Source: an uncultured Planctomycetales bacterium (GTDB lineage: Bacteria > Planctomycetota > Phycisphaerae > UBA1845 > Fen-1342). From it: a stretch of 64,000 nt of DNA. The stretch lies in the NCBI GenBank assembly GCA_964553225.1, contig CAZKJT010000002.1, positions 389,908 through 453,907 of the forward strand, in the 5' to 3' direction. The position numbers were made by a program, and so were the translations under genes. This document shows positions 63,695-64,000 of the stretch, in pieces (position 1 is the first letter of the stretch; each line of letters opens with the position of its first letter). The notes under the pieces were generated by a model. It was not told where the DNA came from, searched no databases, and saw only the letters and a list, made by a program, of their open reading frames with translations.

Positions 63695-64000
63695 GCGAAA
63701 GCGACCCGTGCGAACGCATGCCGAGTCCTCCAGAACCGCCCGGGAAACGCTGCGGCAGGCATATCTGGACCGCTGGGGCCACGGGGCACCCCGCCAGCTC
63801 TCCACAAGGCCAACCGGACGGCCGCCCGCTGCTCCGGTGCGGCCGGCGCTCGCTCCCCGCCGTCAATCTGAAGTGGATTCGCAGCAATCCGCGTGCCGAG
63901 CGCAGCCGACCGATGGAGTGGCATGCGCTGGCTGTAGCCGGCGTGAGCATGCTTCCGCCTGGGGGCAAGGAAGGCACGCCACCCGCCGCGGACAAGTGCC

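Noticed and set aside
63590-63700. GA/GAGT repeats as a possible CRISPR array.
   Set aside because: Units are 2-4 nt microsatellites with no spacers, not 25-40 nt repeats with unique spacers. No cas genes in the window.

Overview
The window is a 64 kb, high-GC (~68-70 %) bacterial chromosomal segment with no sign of a plasmid or prophage. Gene content suggests a Planctomycetota-like or related environmental lineage, though taxonomy cannot be fixed from sequence alone. The clues are a PEP-CTERM protein, many signal-peptide proteins, a TAT-secreted Gfo/Idh/MocA oxidoreductase, sulfatase-like and BNR-repeat proteins, and dockerin-like repeats. Gene density is high. Most long + and - ORFs in the six-frame track are antisense shadows of real genes, which is typical at this GC content. 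Housekeeping anchors are recognisable: plsX-rpmF, purA, uppS-cdsA, holA, lepA, aceE, rplU, htrA, pcm, xylB and one tRNA-Thr(CGU). No transposase, integrase or CRISPR array was seen. The most unusual item is a roughly 890-aa protein that fuses an N-terminal ribonuclease-inhibitor-type leucine-rich-repeat domain to a KAP-family P-loop NTPase with membrane helices inserted in the NTPase core. KAP NTPases include the F-plasmid phage-exclusion protein PifA, so this is an NLR-like single-gene candidate for a conflict or defence function. Other points worth following up: a tight operon of a TAT Gfo/Idh/MocA oxidoreductase, a heptaheme cytochrome c, a 4-TM protein and a discoidin-domain protein; a dispersed family of GC-rich intergenic inverted-repeat elements; a 1 kb gene-free gap with a promoter and terminator pair that points to an sRNA; a sulfatase-fold enzyme with Thr at the nucleophile position, translationally coupled to an EEP phosphoesterase; a MerR/B12-like regulator with His replaced by Tyr at the cobalamin-ligand position; and a (GA)n/(GAGT)n/(GT)n microsatellite upstream of a BNR/sialidase-like gene. 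Start codons are set from ORF-track offsets plus local signal-peptide and SD logic and may be off by a few codons.
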